Positions 19,133 through 29,617 of a stretch of DNA of 64,000 nucleotides are shown piece after piece. The notes beneath the pieces were generated by a model, which searched no databases, was not told the origin of the DNA, and saw only the letters and a program-made list of their open reading frames with translations. The DNA comes from an uncultured Prevotellaceae bacterium. Lineage in GTDB: Bacteria; Bacteroidota; Bacteroidia; Bacteroidales; Bacteroidaceae. Within the stretch, counting starts at the first letter, position 1; the number at the start of each line of letters is the position of its first letter. The DNA is taken from the NCBI GenBank assembly GCA_902770635.1, contig CACXTX010000030.1, forward strand, positions 2,467-66,466, written 5' to 3'. The position numbers and the translations under genes were made by a program.

Positions 19133-21160
19133 TTACCAAAGAGGCAGGCGTTCAGACTTTGGAACAAACATTTTATCGCCTTCCTTGACACCAAAAGCAT
19201 CGTACCACATGTCAATATGAGGCAATGCACCATTGACGCGGTAACGACCTAAGGAGTGAGGATCACTCTTGGTACGGTTACGGATTTCAGCCTCCGTGAT
19301 ATTGCCTGCCCATACTCCTGCATAAGCCAGGAAGAAACGCTGGTCAGGTGTCAGTCCGTCAATAACAGGAAGAGGGTTGCGCTTGGTAGCGTTTTTGTAT
19401 GCATACCAGGCCACCTGAAGTCCACCATGGTCAGCAAGGTTCTCACCAAGCGTCAGACGACCATTAGCATTAAGGTCGGGAAGAACCTTTATCTTCGAAA
19501 AGAAGTCTGCATATTTATCCGTCCGTAAAGTAAAGTTCTTTCCATCTTCTGCAGTCCACCAGTCGTGCATATTGCCGTCCTTGTCAAAGCGACGTCCCTG
19601 GTCATCAAATCCATGTGTCATCTCATGTCCGATTACAACACCAATGGCACCATAGTTAAAGGCATCGTCAGCAGTTGCATCAAAGAACGGAACTTGCAGA
19701 ATACCAGCGGGGAAACAAATCTCATTCGTCGTAGGATTATAATAGGCATTCACCGTCTGAGGAGTCATGTGCCAATCGTCACGATCCACAGGCTTTCCTG
19801 CTGTGTGATTGATGCGCCATGCAGTCCAGAAGCGGCGACACTCCTTTATATTCTCATAGTACGATTTTTTCGCATCAATTTTCAGACCGCTAATGTCCGT
19901 CCACTTATCTGGATAGCCTATCTTTACATAGAAAGTATTCAGCTTCAACAAAGCATTCACTTTCGTAGAATCGTCCATCCAATCCTGGGCAGCGATGCGC
20001 TCTCCAAGAGCAATACGGAGATTCTCTACGAGTGTCTTCATACGCTCCTTGGAAGAAGCAGGGAAATACTTCTTCACATAGATGCGGCCCAAGGCCTCAC
20101 CCATCACGCCCTGTACCTGATTGGTTGCACGACGCCACAGAGGATGATCCTGCTGACGACCAGAGAATACCTTTCCATAGAACTCGAAGTCCTCTGCACG
20201 AACAGCATCATTCAGATAGCCTGTTGACGAACCTATCAGTCCCCACTCCATCACGTCACGATACTCAGCGGCAGTCATCTCGGCAAAAATCTTATCTGCA
20301 GCAGCCATGAATTCAGGCTGTCCCACAACCATCTCTTGAATATATTCAGTCTTGATGCCCTTAGCATTCATCTGCTTCTCAAGTTGGAAGTGAGGATACT
20401 TGGCATCAAACTCCTTCAGAGTCATTTTGTGATAGTTGGCAATGGGATCGCGAAGTTCTGTACGCGACTTGGAAACCTTGGCAAGAGCCGTCTCAATCTT
20501 GAGAATGTTCTTCATCTTCTTCTCAGCAGCCCCTTTCTTAAAGCCAAAGAGCTGGAACATATTAACGATATGTTTCTTGTAGGCCTCACGGATTTTCTTA
20601 GTAGCCTCGTCATTCTCCAGATAGTAGTCCTTCTGTCCAAGGGTAAGACCACTCTGATAGATGTTCAGAATATTTTCCGAAGCGTTCTTATCATCAGCAC
20701 CGATATAAGCAGAGAAAAACTCTGATTCGCCATAAGGCATCATAGCGAGCTGCACGTTGAACAGCTGTTCTTTGTTTTTTGCATTCTCCAGGGTCTTCAG
20801 CTCACCCATTAAAGGAGCAACCCCTTCTTTCTCTCTGCGGGCAGAGTCCATAGCCAGTTTGTAGAGGTCGCTCAACTTCTGCTCTACACTTCCTTGCGAA
20901 TAGCTGTTCTCCAAGAGTTCTTTCAGGATACCATTGATACGCTTGTTGTTGTCTTCGGCCAAACGGTCAAAACTGCCATAACGTGAATAGGCAGCAGGCA
21001 GCGGATTGGCTTTCATCCATCCACCACAGGCATACTCATAGAAGTCGTCAGCAGGGCGCACACTTGTATTCAGGTCTTTCAGGTCGATACCTGAGCGCAG
21101 TTGTGCCGATGCTGCGACAGTCAATGTAGCTAATGCCATAACAGTCAATAATTTTTTCAT
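19133..21160 (-). CDS. pepO: M13 family metalloendopeptidase (PepO-like), secreted
   Basis: VNAYY, GHEMTHGFD (HExxH) and ENLAD motifs. True start MKKLLTVMALA (signal peptide) at 21160; the ORF-track extension overlaps the ABC-F gene. Confidence 0.92.
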   Translation of the reverse strand: MKKLLTVMALATLTVAASAQLRSGIDLKDLNTSVRPADDFYEYACGGWMKANPLPAAYSRYGSFDRLAEDNNKRINGILKELLENSYSQGSVEQKLSDLYKLAMDSARREKEGVAPLMGELKTLENAKNKEQLFNVQLAMMPYGESEFFSAYIGADDKNASENILNIYQSGLTLGQKDYYLENDEATKKIREAYKKHIVNMFQLFGFKKGAAEKKMKNILKIETALAKVSKSRTELRDPIANYHKMTLKEFDAKYPHFQLEKQMNAKGIKTEYIQEMVVGQPEFMAAADKIFAEMTAAEYRDVMEWGLIGSSTGYLNDAVRAEDFEFYGKVFSGRQQDHPLWRRATNQVQGVMGEALGRIYVKKYFPASSKERMKTLVENLRIALGERIAAQDWMDDSTKVNALLKLNTFYVKIGYPDKWTDISGLKIDAKKSYYENIKECRRFWTAWRINHTAGKPVDRDDWHMTPQTVNAYYNPTTNEICFPAGILQVPFFDATADDAFNYGAIGVVIGHEMTHGFDDQGRRFDKDGNMHDWWTAEDGKNFTLRTDKYADFFSKIKVLPDLNANGRLTLGENLADHGGLQVAWYAYKNATKRNPLPVIDGLTPDQRFFLAYAGVWAGNITEAEIRNRTKSDPHSLGRYRVNGALPHIDMWYDAFGVKEGDKMFVPKSERLPLW

Positions 21161-21173
21161 AAGTTTTTTATTA

Positions 21174-23129
21174 TTAAATAGATAATAGATCCAATTCTTC
21201 TGAGAGTTTCTCCCAGCGTTCCACTTCTTCGTCCAATGCTTTCTTCGTCGTAGTATATTCGGTGACAAACTCCATGTTGGAGGCATTCTCTGGTTTCATC
21301 AGCAGGTCGTCCAGTTCTTTTAGCCTGCGTTCCATATCACTTATTTTCCGTTCCGATTCCTCCACAGCCTTCTCAGCCTTGCGTATCCGCTTTTGCTGCT
21401 CTTTACGGTCAGCATAGCTCTGGGCATTCGCACTCGGCGAACTAGTAACAATAGAACTACTAGGATTATTAGAACTATTAGGATTACTAGCGCTTGGCAT
21501 ACTCTGCAACTGCGACAGTTCTGAGATATTCCTGCTTCGTAGGAAATCGTAGATCCCCCCAAGGTGTTCCTTTACCTTACCGCCTCCGAACTCATAGACC
21601 TTTGTCACCAGTCCATCCAAGAACTCACGGTCGTGACTGACCACTATCGCTGTTCCGTCAAAAGCACGGATAGCTTCTTTTAGTACATCCTTTGAGGCCA
21701 TGTCCAGATGGTTGGTAGGCTCGTCGAGTATCAAGAGGTTTACAGGTTCCAGCAACAGCCGAATCATAGCCAATCGACTGCGTTCACCACCACTCAGCAC
21801 CTTCACTTTCTTATCAGATTCCTCACCGCCAAACATAAAGGCACCTAAGATATCGTTGATTTTCAGGCGGATATCCCCCTTCGCCACATAGTCAATGGTC
21901 TGGAACACCGTCAGGTTCTCATCCAACAGCTGGGCTTGGTTCTGGGCAAAATAACCTATCTGTATGTTATGTCCCACCTTCAGGTTACCCTCGAATGGAA
22001 TCTCACCCATGATACATTTCACCAGCGTAGATTTACCCTCACCGTTCTTTCCCACAAAAGCCACCTTCTCCCCTCGCTTGATGGTCAGGTTGACATCAGA
22101 GAAAACAGTATGTGAACCATAGTTCTTAGCCACGTCCTCACAAATAATAGGATAATCACCTGAACGCAGGCAAGGCGGGAACTTCAAGTGCATGGCCGAA
22201 TTGTCAACATCATCAATCTCGATAGGTACTATTTTCTCCAACTGTTTGATTTTCTGTTGTACCTGAACGGCCTTTGTAGCCTGATAGCGGAAGCGTTCTA
22301 TGAACTGACGCATATCAGCTATTTCCTTCTGCTGGTTCTCGTAGGCTCGCAACTGCTGCTCACGACGTTCTTTGCGAAGGGTGACATATTCGTCATATTT
22401 CACCTTGTAGTCAACGATATGCCCACAGGAAATTTCAAGTGTACGGTTGGACACATTATTGATAAAGGCACGGTCGTGGCTGACCAGTACTACTGCCTTG
22501 GCACTCTGAGCCAGGAATTGCTCCAACCATTGTATGGATTCAATATCAAGGTGGTTGGTAGGCTCGTCAAGCAACAGCACATCGGGTTTCTGCAACAATA
22601 TCTTTGCCAACTCTATACGCATGCGCCACCCACCGCTAAACTCGCTGGTAGGTCTTTCCAAATCTGTACGCAGGAATCCAAGGCCTGTCAAGGTTCGTTC
22701 TATCTCTGCCTCATAGTTCTCTGCTCCCATCATCATATAGCGCTCATACTCCTGGGTGAATTTCTCCACCAAGGCCATATAGTCAGCACTCTCATAGTCT
22801 GTACGCTCAGCCAGTTGCTGGTTCATACGGTCTATGCGCTCCTTCATCTTGGTGATGTCAGCAAAGGCTTTCTGTGCCTCTTCCCGCACCGTCGTATCAT
22901 CCTGTAGAATCATGACCTGTGGCAGATAGCCTATCGTGGTATCGTTAGGAACACTCACCACCCCACTGGTTGGCTGCTGCTTGCCACAAAGTATTTTCAA
23001 CAGCGTTGACTTGCCTGCTCCGTTTTTACCCACCAGCGCTATACGGTCGCGATCATTGACCACGAAACTGGCATCTGTAAACAGGGGTTTAACACCAAAC
23101 TCTACATGCAAGGATTCTACTGAAATCAT
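21174..23129 (-). CDS. ABC-F family ATP-binding protein
   Basis: Two ABC cassettes (GKNGAGKST and GKNGEGKST; FSGGW and LSGGE; LDEPTNHLD twice), C-terminal coiled coil, no TM segments. Confidence 0.95.
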   Translation of the reverse strand: MISVESLHVEFGVKPLFTDASFVVNDRDRIALVGKNGAGKSTLLKILCGKQQPTSGVVSVPNDTTIGYLPQVMILQDDTTVREEAQKAFADITKMKERIDRMNQQLAERTDYESADYMALVEKFTQEYERYMMMGAENYEAEIERTLTGLGFLRTDLERPTSEFSGGWRMRIELAKILLQKPDVLLLDEPTNHLDIESIQWLEQFLAQSAKAVVLVSHDRAFINNVSNRTLEISCGHIVDYKVKYDEYVTLRKERREQQLRAYENQQKEIADMRQFIERFRYQATKAVQVQQKIKQLEKIVPIEIDDVDNSAMHLKFPPCLRSGDYPIICEDVAKNYGSHTVFSDVNLTIKRGEKVAFVGKNGEGKSTLVKCIMGEIPFEGNLKVGHNIQIGYFAQNQAQLLDENLTVFQTIDYVAKGDIRLKINDILGAFMFGGEESDKKVKVLSGGERSRLAMIRLLLEPVNLLILDEPTNHLDMASKDVLKEAIRAFDGTAIVVSHDREFLDGLVTKVYEFGGGKVKEHLGGIYDFLRSRNISELSQLQSMPSASNPNSSNNPSSSIVTSSPSANAQSYADRKEQQKRIRKAEKAVEESERKISDMERRLKELDDLLMKPENASNMEFVTEYTTTKKALDEEVERWEKLSEELDLLSI

Positions 23130-23135
23130 TACGCA

Positions 23136-23876
23136 CTATTTGAAAACGACCTTACTACGACAGCATTCTGTCCCATCGGTGCGGACTATGCGTACACAAT
23201 ATTCCGTATCGCCAGTCTGTTCACAATAGAAAGAAAGCTGGTCACCGGCATGGGCTTCAGCGACATAGGCAATCTCAAAGCGCTTAATCTGGTGGGCACG
23301 ATACCACTCCATGTCCCAGAGGTCAAGCACATGTTCGATATACTTCACGCTGTTGATGTGGCCATTGATGTCAACATCATTATAATAGGTGTCAATGGTG
23401 CGCACCAACTTGGCCTCGTCACTCATCTTCACTCGCCCACCCTTTTCTATCGGACATTCCTTATCGCTGACTATCCAGTTGTTGATGGCTCCATTGTCTA
23501 TGGCAAAGAGATCTGTTGGCTGACGAGTCTCTGTATCAATCATCGCCCATATAGAACGTCCATAGCCATAGGTGTGGCCATCTTCTCCCACAACGGCAAA
23601 GTTACGGGAAGTGAAAAAGCGCATGGCATTCTCCACCCATGTTTCCACACAGAACTTGGTGTATTGCATGGGCATCTCGTCCATCTCAATAGCCAGACGG
23701 GAAAGCACCCACGAGCGTTGAATAGTCATGAGGTATTTCATGCCAAAGCCACGGTCCGACGAATGGAAGTCGGCAGCATTCAGCATGTGGTTGCCCAAGT
23801 GGCCCATAAAGAGTCGTCCACTGAAATCACAATGGAACGGCTCAGCCATAAAGGCGTATTTTCCTACTTTATCCAT
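23136..23876 (-). CDS. Acyl-ACP thioesterase
   Basis: DVDINGHINSVKY motif and WVLSRL; typical position in the Bacteroidales ilv operon. Confidence 0.88.
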   Translation of the reverse strand: MDKVGKYAFMAEPFHCDFSGRLFMGHLGNHMLNAADFHSSDRGFGMKYLMTIQRSWVLSRLAIEMDEMPMQYTKFCVETWVENAMRFFTSRNFAVVGEDGHTYGYGRSIWAMIDTETRQPTDLFAIDNGAINNWIVSDKECPIEKGGRVKMSDEAKLVRTIDTYYNDVDINGHINSVKYIEHVLDLWDMEWYRAHQIKRFEIAYVAEAHAGDQLSFYCEQTGDTEYCVRIVRTDGTECCRSKVVFK

Positions 23877-24411
23877 TCATTTCCTCCCTCTGTTCCAAGA
23901 ACTTGCTTACTTCCTCCTGCTTACCACGGGTAACGGCAATACGTCCACTACGAGTGTACTGGAATACACAGCCAAACTCATCCAAAGCACGATATAGGGA
24001 AATAATCTGCTCTGTTACACCATGCTTCATCACGATGGTATAGGTTGGGTTCACCTCCGTAATACTGGCATCAAAACGACGGATGGTGCGCGAAATCTCA
24101 GGATTTGCCAGCACTTTGTTGGTATTCAGTTTGTAAAGACCTGTCTCACGGATAAACAACTGTTCGTCGGTGAAGTAATTGGCCTTTATCACATCTATCT
24201 TCTTCTCTATCTGCTTGGTAATCTTCACTATCTGGTCCTCGTCGCTCCATGCGGTGATGGTGTATTTGTGTACACCAGGAATGCTGGAAGCCGACACGTT
24301 CAGACTTTCAATGTTGACCTGGCGACGGGTGAACACCGCAGTAATCTGATTCAGAATACCAGCCACGTTCTCCGAATAAACCAACAGCGTATATAGTTTC
24401 TTTTCTTCCAT
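23869..24411 (-). CDS. ilvN: Acetolactate synthase small (regulatory) subunit
   Basis: ACT domain ENVAGILNQITAVFTRRQVNIESLNV and C-terminal TRSGRIAV. Start set to MEEKK at 24411. Confidence 0.92.
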   Translation of the reverse strand: MEEKKLYTLLVYSENVAGILNQITAVFTRRQVNIESLNVSASSIPGVHKYTITAWSDEDQIVKITKQIEKKIDVIKANYFTDEQLFIRETGLYKLNTNKVLANPEISRTIRRFDASITEVNPTYTIVMKHGVTEQIISLYRALDEFGCVFQYTRSGRIAVTRGKQEEVSKFLEQREEMNG

Positions 24412-24455
24412 TATAATTATCAATTATCCATTATCAATTAGCAATTAGCAAAGCG

Positions 24456-26130
24456 CTAAATCTCCAGCATCATATCGCTGACATTCATGCCTGGAGGAGT
24501 CATGGGCAGCACGTCATCGTCCTCCTTGATGGCACACTCCAAGAGGAATGGACCTTCTGTCTTCAGCATCTTCTCAACAGCAGCAGCCAAGTCCTTACGG
24601 TCTGTAACAGCCTCATAACCAATTCCATAGGCTTTGGCTATCAGTTCGTAACAAGGATTCATCATCTTGGTAAACGACTTGCGGCGCATCCAGAACATAT
24701 CCTGCCACTGGCGCACATTTCCCAAGTAATGGTTGTTCATCAGAATCATCTTCACGGGTGACTGTTGCTCCATGATGGTACCCAGTTCCTCGATACACAT
24801 CTGGAAACCACCGTCGCCCATGAAACAGCAAACGGTACGGTCGGTGGCAAAGGTGGCTCCAATAGCAGCGGGCAAGCCATAACCCATGGTGCCCAGACCT
24901 CCACTGGTACAGATGCTACGCTTCTGGTGATATTTGAAATAACGGGTGGCAAACAACTGGTTCTGTCCAACATCCGTCACGAGCACAGTACCTTCCGGAG
25001 CCTGCTCGGCAACAGCATTGACCACCTCGCCCATCAACAGCGGACCCTCCTTAGGATGGATGGCAGGCTCTATGACCTTTTCGCGCTCCTTCTGATCCAG
25101 TTCCTTGAACGAATCGCGCCACTCCTGATGGTCAGCCTTATCAAGCAAAGCGGTAAGGGCTGGCAACGACTGTTTACAGTCTGCCACAACAGCCACATCG
25201 GTCTTTACGTTCTTGTCAATCTCACTCTTGTCGATATCCAAATGTATAATCTTGGCCTGCTTGGCGTAGGTCTTCGTATTGCCTGTCACACGGTCAGAGA
25301 AGCGCATGCCAATGGCTATCAGCACGTCACATTCCTGTTCCTTCAGGTTAACGGCATAGTTGCCATGCATACCCAGCATACCCACATTCAGCGGATGGTT
25401 GGAAGGCAGGGCACTCAGTCCCAACATGGTACGACCGGCAGGGATATCGGCTTTCTCCAAGAATGCCTTCAGTTCCTCCTGGGCATTTCCCAGTTCCACG
25501 CCCTGTCCTACTAAGGCCAGAGGGCGCTTGGCATTGTTGATCAGTTCGGCGGCCTGCTTCACCAAATCCTCGTCCAGTTTGGGACTGGCAACGTATGAAC
25601 GTACAAAATCCACCTTCTTAGGCTCCCACTCTACCTCTTCCACCTGTGCATTACGGGGGAAGTCGAGTACGACAGGACCAGGACGGCCACTACGGGCAAT
25701 ATAGAAGGCACGGCTGACAGCCCATGCTATATCCTCGGCATGGCGAATCTGGTAGCTCCATTTGGAGATAGGCTGTGCCACACCCACAAGGTCAACCTCC
25801 TGGAAGGCATCGGTACCCAACGCATTGATAGCCACCTGACCTGCAATAACCACCATAGGTGTTGAGTCCAGCATGGCATCGGCCACACCTGTCAGCGTAT
25901 TGGTAGCACCAGGTCCGCTGGTGACCAGTGCGACACCTACCTCGCCACTGACGCGGGCATAGCCCTCAGCAGCATGTACGGCACCCTGTTCGTGGCGCAC
26001 CAATATATGGTCAAAACATTTCTTTTCACCTCATGATAGAGCCACCGGGATAGCCAAAGATGGTCTTTACCCCTTCTGCCTGCAAGGCCCGCATCAGCGC
26101 TTTCGATCCTGTTATTCTATCCTTCAACAT
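24456..26130 (-). pseudogene. ilvB: Acetolactate synthase large subunit, frameshifted near the 5' end (real or assembly artefact)
   Basis: ATG 26130 gives MLKDRITGSKALMRALQAEGVKTIFGYPGGSIMR then TGA at 26026-26028. The remainder (GEKKCFDHILVRHEQGAVHAAEGYAR...) is in another frame that is closed by TGA at 26031-26033. Confidence 0.8.
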
Positions 26131-26157
26131 AAATTGTCAATGTTCAATGTTCAATCT

Positions 26158-27963
26158 TCAATCTTCAATGATTCTCACTCCTCCCTTATCGGCTGATGAA
26201 ACACTCTGAGCGTATGCACGCAGGGCCTTTGACACCTCACGGTTGCGCTTCAAGGGCTGCTGGGGACGAGCCTCCAGCTCTGCATCGCTGAGTTTCACGT
26301 TAATCTTACGATTGGGAATATCTATCTCTATGATGTCGCCATCCTTAATCTTTCCTATATTACCACCAGCAGCTGCCTCCGGTGAGATATGTCCAATGCT
26401 CAAGCCACTGGTACCACCTGAGAAACGGCCATCGGTAATCAGGGCACACTCCTTACCCATGTGCATGCTCTTGATATAAGAGGTTGGGTAAAGCATCTCC
26501 TGCATACCAGGACCACCCTTCGGACCCTCGTGGGTTATGACCACACAGTCGCCCTTCTTCACTTTGCCACCCAGGATTCCCTCGCAGGCATCTTCCTGAG
26601 AGTCGAAGACAACGGCAGGACCTTCAAAGTGCCACAGGCTCTCATCGACACCGGCAGTCTTCACTACGCATCCGTCTTGGGCAATATTGCCAAACAGCAC
26701 AGCCAGTCCGCCATCCTTGGTGTAGGCATGTTCCAGGTCGCGGATACAGCCATTGGCACGGTCGGTATCCAGTGTTCCCCACTCTTCTGACTGGGAACCC
26801 ATCTTCGTGGAGAAGCGGTTGCCTGGAGCTGTCTGATAGATGCGGTTGGCTTCTGCATCCACAGCGCCATCTACAATGCTGTATTTCTTCATGGCCTCAC
26901 CCAGCGTCATACCATCCACGCGTGGGGCAGAGCCATCAATCAGCCCGCCTTTGGCCAGTTCGTTCATAATACCCAGGATGCCACCGGCACGTCCACACTC
27001 CTGCACACTATACTTCTGGGTGTTGGGTGCCAACTTGCAGAGACATGGGGTCTTACGGCTCAGGGCGTCGATATCCTTCATGGTGAAGTCGGCACCAGCC
27101 TCCTGAGCCACAGCCAGCAGGTGAAGCACGGTATTGGTCGAGCCACCCATGGCGATGTCCAGCGTCATGGCGTTCAGGAAAGCCTGGCGGGTGGCAATGT
27201 TACGAGGCAGCACGCTCTCGTCGCCATCCTCATAGTAGGCAAAGGCATTCTTCACCACCTGGCGGGCAGCAGCCTTGAACAGCTCTACACGATTGGTATG
27301 GGTGGCCAGAATGGTTCCGTTGCCTGGGAGTGAGAGTCCGATAGCCTCTGTCAGCGAGTTCATCGAATTGGCAGTAAACATACCTGAACAGCTTCCGCAA
27401 CCAGGACAGGCACAACCTTCTATCTCCCTCATTTCCTCATCGGTCACCGAGGGGTCTGCACCCTTAATCATGGCCGTAATCAGGTCGGCATTCTCACCAC
27501 GCCACTTGCCAGCCTCCATCGGGCCACCTGAGCAGAACACCGTGGGGATGTTCAGGCGCATCGAGGCCATCAGCATGCCTGGAGTCACCTTGTCACAGTT
27601 CGAGATGCAAATCATGGCATCGGCCTTATGGGCATTCACCATATATTCCACACTATCGGCTATGATGTCACGCGAGGGCAGGCTGTACAGCATACCGTCG
27701 TGTCCCATCGCAATACCGTCGTCAATGGCTATGGTATTGAACTCAGCCGCATAGCAGCCCATCTTCTCTATCTCTTCGCGTACTATCTGACCTATCTCAT
27801 GCAGATGAGTATGACCAGGAACAAACTGGGTGAACGAGTTGACAATGGCAATAATAGGCTTGCCAAACTGCTCGTGTTTCATACCTGTAGCTACCCAGAG
27901 CGCCCGCGCTCCAGCCATTCTTCTACCTTCTGTGCATACCGCACTACGCAATGGATGTTTCAT
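26158..27963 (-). CDS. ilvD: Dihydroxy-acid dehydratase
   Basis: [29 protein letters not shown] and [11 protein letters not shown] motifs. Confidence 0.97.
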   Translation of the reverse strand: MKHPLRSAVCTEGRRMAGARALWVATGMKHEQFGKPIIAIVNSFTQFVPGHTHLHEIGQIVREEIEKMGCYAAEFNTIAIDDGIAMGHDGMLYSLPSRDIIADSVEYMVNAHKADAMICISNCDKVTPGMLMASMRLNIPTVFCSGGPMEAGKWRGENADLITAMIKGADPSVTDEEMREIEGCACPGCGSCSGMFTANSMNSLTEAIGLSLPGNGTILATHTNRVELFKAAARQVVKNAFAYYEDGDESVLPRNIATRQAFLNAMTLDIAMGGSTNTVLHLLAVAQEAGADFTMKDIDALSRKTPCLCKLAPNTQKYSVQECGRAGGILGIMNELAKGGLIDGSAPRVDGMTLGEAMKKYSIVDGAVDAEANRIYQTAPGNRFSTKMGSQSEEWGTLDTDRANGCIRDLEHAYTKDGGLAVLFGNIAQDGCVVKTAGVDESLWHFEGPAVVFDSQEDACEGILGGKVKKGDCVVITHEGPKGGPGMQEMLYPTSYIKSMHMGKECALITDGRFSGGTSGLSIGHISPEAAAGGNIGKIKDGDIIEIDIPNRKINVKLSDAELEARPQQPLKRNREVSKALRAYAQSVSSADKGGVRIIED

Positions 27964-27995
27964 ATCTCTAACTTAGTATTTGTCTATTTAGCCTG

Positions 27996-28003
27996 CAAAG
28001 GTA
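27996..28003 (-). promoter_or_regulatory. -7 promoter box (TACCTTTG) for the ilv operon
   Basis: Exact TAnnTTTG match about 30 nt upstream of ilvD. Confidence 0.65.
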
Positions 28004-28029
28004 CACCTTTTTATTATAAATACCAACGA

Positions 28030-28056
28030 AAAAGCGGATTTTCTGCAAATCCGCTT
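28030..28056 (-). terminator. Intrinsic terminator after the acid phosphatase gene
   Basis: AAGCGGATTT-GCAGA-AAATCCGCTT followed by TTTCG on the minus strand. Confidence 0.7.
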
Positions 28057-28069
28057 CCACTCTGTTGGG

Positions 28070-29539
28070 TTATTTCCTGTTTTTCTTTCTCAAATACTCC
28101 TGACGGGCAGCCTTCATATCCTCACGGAAGGTGGGACTAGCCTGCAAGGCTCCATAGCCTATACTGGCTCCCATACGACTGGCATCCACATCAGTCTGCC
28201 AGTGGGCTCCCACAATGACACGGCTCTCACCATAATCCCAGCCTCGTTTTAGAATCTGGTTGGCATTTTCAGGACACACCTCCGACAACAACAAGGCAGT
28301 AGCCCATCCGCGAGAAGTATGGCCAGAGGGATAAGAGCCCTCCTTGCCCAGTTCCACCTCGTCCTCTTCCTTGTCGTAAGTCAGGATATGCTCGTGAAAG
28401 CGGACATAGGGACGGGTACGATGATAGAATGCCTTAGGAGCCACACGCATCTGGTCGGTCGTCACCAGGCTACGAGTCAGCAGTTTCCAGATGGCAGGCG
28501 TATTCTCTTTGCTGATAGTCATCCCCAATGCCTCGTTAAAACTGGAGAACAGCGTATCTATAGGATTCCAAATACCATCTCGGCGAGCCATCTTGGCCCG
28601 TTCAGGATTGTTGACACGCTGGTCCTTACCCCAGAAGTAGCGCATCAGGTCGTAGGTAAAGTGCTCGTTCAAGGTGTCTGGAGGAGCAGGCAGACACTTA
28701 ATCAGGTTTGGCATCTCCTCTTTCGTGTAGTATTTCTCTATAACACCCTTCTGAACACTGGGCATGGTCTTACCCGTCAATCGGCAAAACTCCTTCTTGG
28801 CCTTCTCCAGCTGCTTCATAAACAACGGGTGGGTATGCATCTTACCATAAGCCACCGCAGCAGCCAGACGACCTGCATCCACATCGCTTTGCCAGTGGGC
28901 ACCCACAATGATACGGCTGTCGCCATACATGTAGGCCCGTGCAAACAAGGTGTCTGCACGCTCTGGGTTAATCTCTGAGAGCAACAAGGCTATACACCAT
29001 CCCTTCAGAGCATGAGAAGAGGGATAGGAATAAGAAGTGCCATTCGACATGAACTCCTCATCCTCTGGGGTAAGCGTAGGTTCCTGGAAACGCACAAAGG
29101 GGCGCTTGCGGGCATAGAAGTGCTTAACATCAGCACAGATGAAGCGAGCAGTAAAAGTGGCATCACGCAACAAGCGGAATATCTCCGGAGTCTCCTCACT
29201 CGTCACCTGCAAGCCAAAGGGAACGCTGAACTCCTTCATAATCCAATCCAAAGTAAATTTAGCATCTCTTTGGGCCATCTTGGCACGCTCAGGGTTCTTG
29301 ACACGCTGGTCCTTACCCCAGTAGTAGCGCATGATGTCGTGCGTCCACTGGATACCAAATGTGTCAGGAGGAGCAGGCAGAAACTGACGCATATCTGGCA
29401 TGTCCTTTTCCGTGAAATAAATAACCTCGGGTTTGTCACCAAACACCTGTGCCTGTACTCTTGTCGCTCCGCAAACCAGCATCATAGTAGCCAGCACGCC
29501 TACTACAAACCACATCTTCATTCTTTTCTTACCCATCAT
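28070..29539 (-). CDS. Secreted class A-type acid phosphatase with two tandem PAP2 domains
   Basis: Two full motif sets: KHFYARKRP/YPSSH/SRIIVGAHWQSD and KAFYHRTRP/YPSGH/SRVIVGAHWQTD; signal peptide. Confidence 0.88.
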   Translation of the reverse strand: MMGKKRMKMWFVVGVLATMMLVCGATRVQAQVFGDKPEVIYFTEKDMPDMRQFLPAPPDTFGIQWTHDIMRYYWGKDQRVKNPERAKMAQRDAKFTLDWIMKEFSVPFGLQVTSEETPEIFRLLRDATFTARFICADVKHFYARKRPFVRFQEPTLTPEDEEFMSNGTSYSYPSSHALKGWCIALLLSEINPERADTLFARAYMYGDSRIIVGAHWQSDVDAGRLAAAVAYGKMHTHPLFMKQLEKAKKEFCRLTGKTMPSVQKGVIEKYYTKEEMPNLIKCLPAPPDTLNEHFTYDLMRYFWGKDQRVNNPERAKMARRDGIWNPIDTLFSSFNEALGMTISKENTPAIWKLLTRSLVTTDQMRVAPKAFYHRTRPYVRFHEHILTYDKEEDEVELGKEGSYPSGHTSRGWATALLLSEVCPENANQILKRGWDYGESRVIVGAHWQTDVDASRMGASIGYGALQASPTFREDMKAARQEYLRKKNRK

Positions 29540-29559
29540 TTATTCATTTTTTGATTCTG

Positions 29560-29595
29560 CCTGCAAAGTTACGAAAATTTTCTGTATCTTTGCCG
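29560..29595. promoter_or_regulatory. Back-to-back divergent -7 boxes (TAACTTTG on minus, TATCTTTG on plus)
   Basis: Two exact TAnnTTTG matches between the divergent phosphatase and xpt-msrA genes. Confidence 0.65.
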
Positions 29596-29617
29596 ACAAA
29601 TTAAGAAAAAGCATAGC

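Noticed and set aside
21161-21286. ORF-track N-terminal extension of pepO
   Set aside because: It overlaps the ABC-F gene, and a typical signal peptide begins at 21160.
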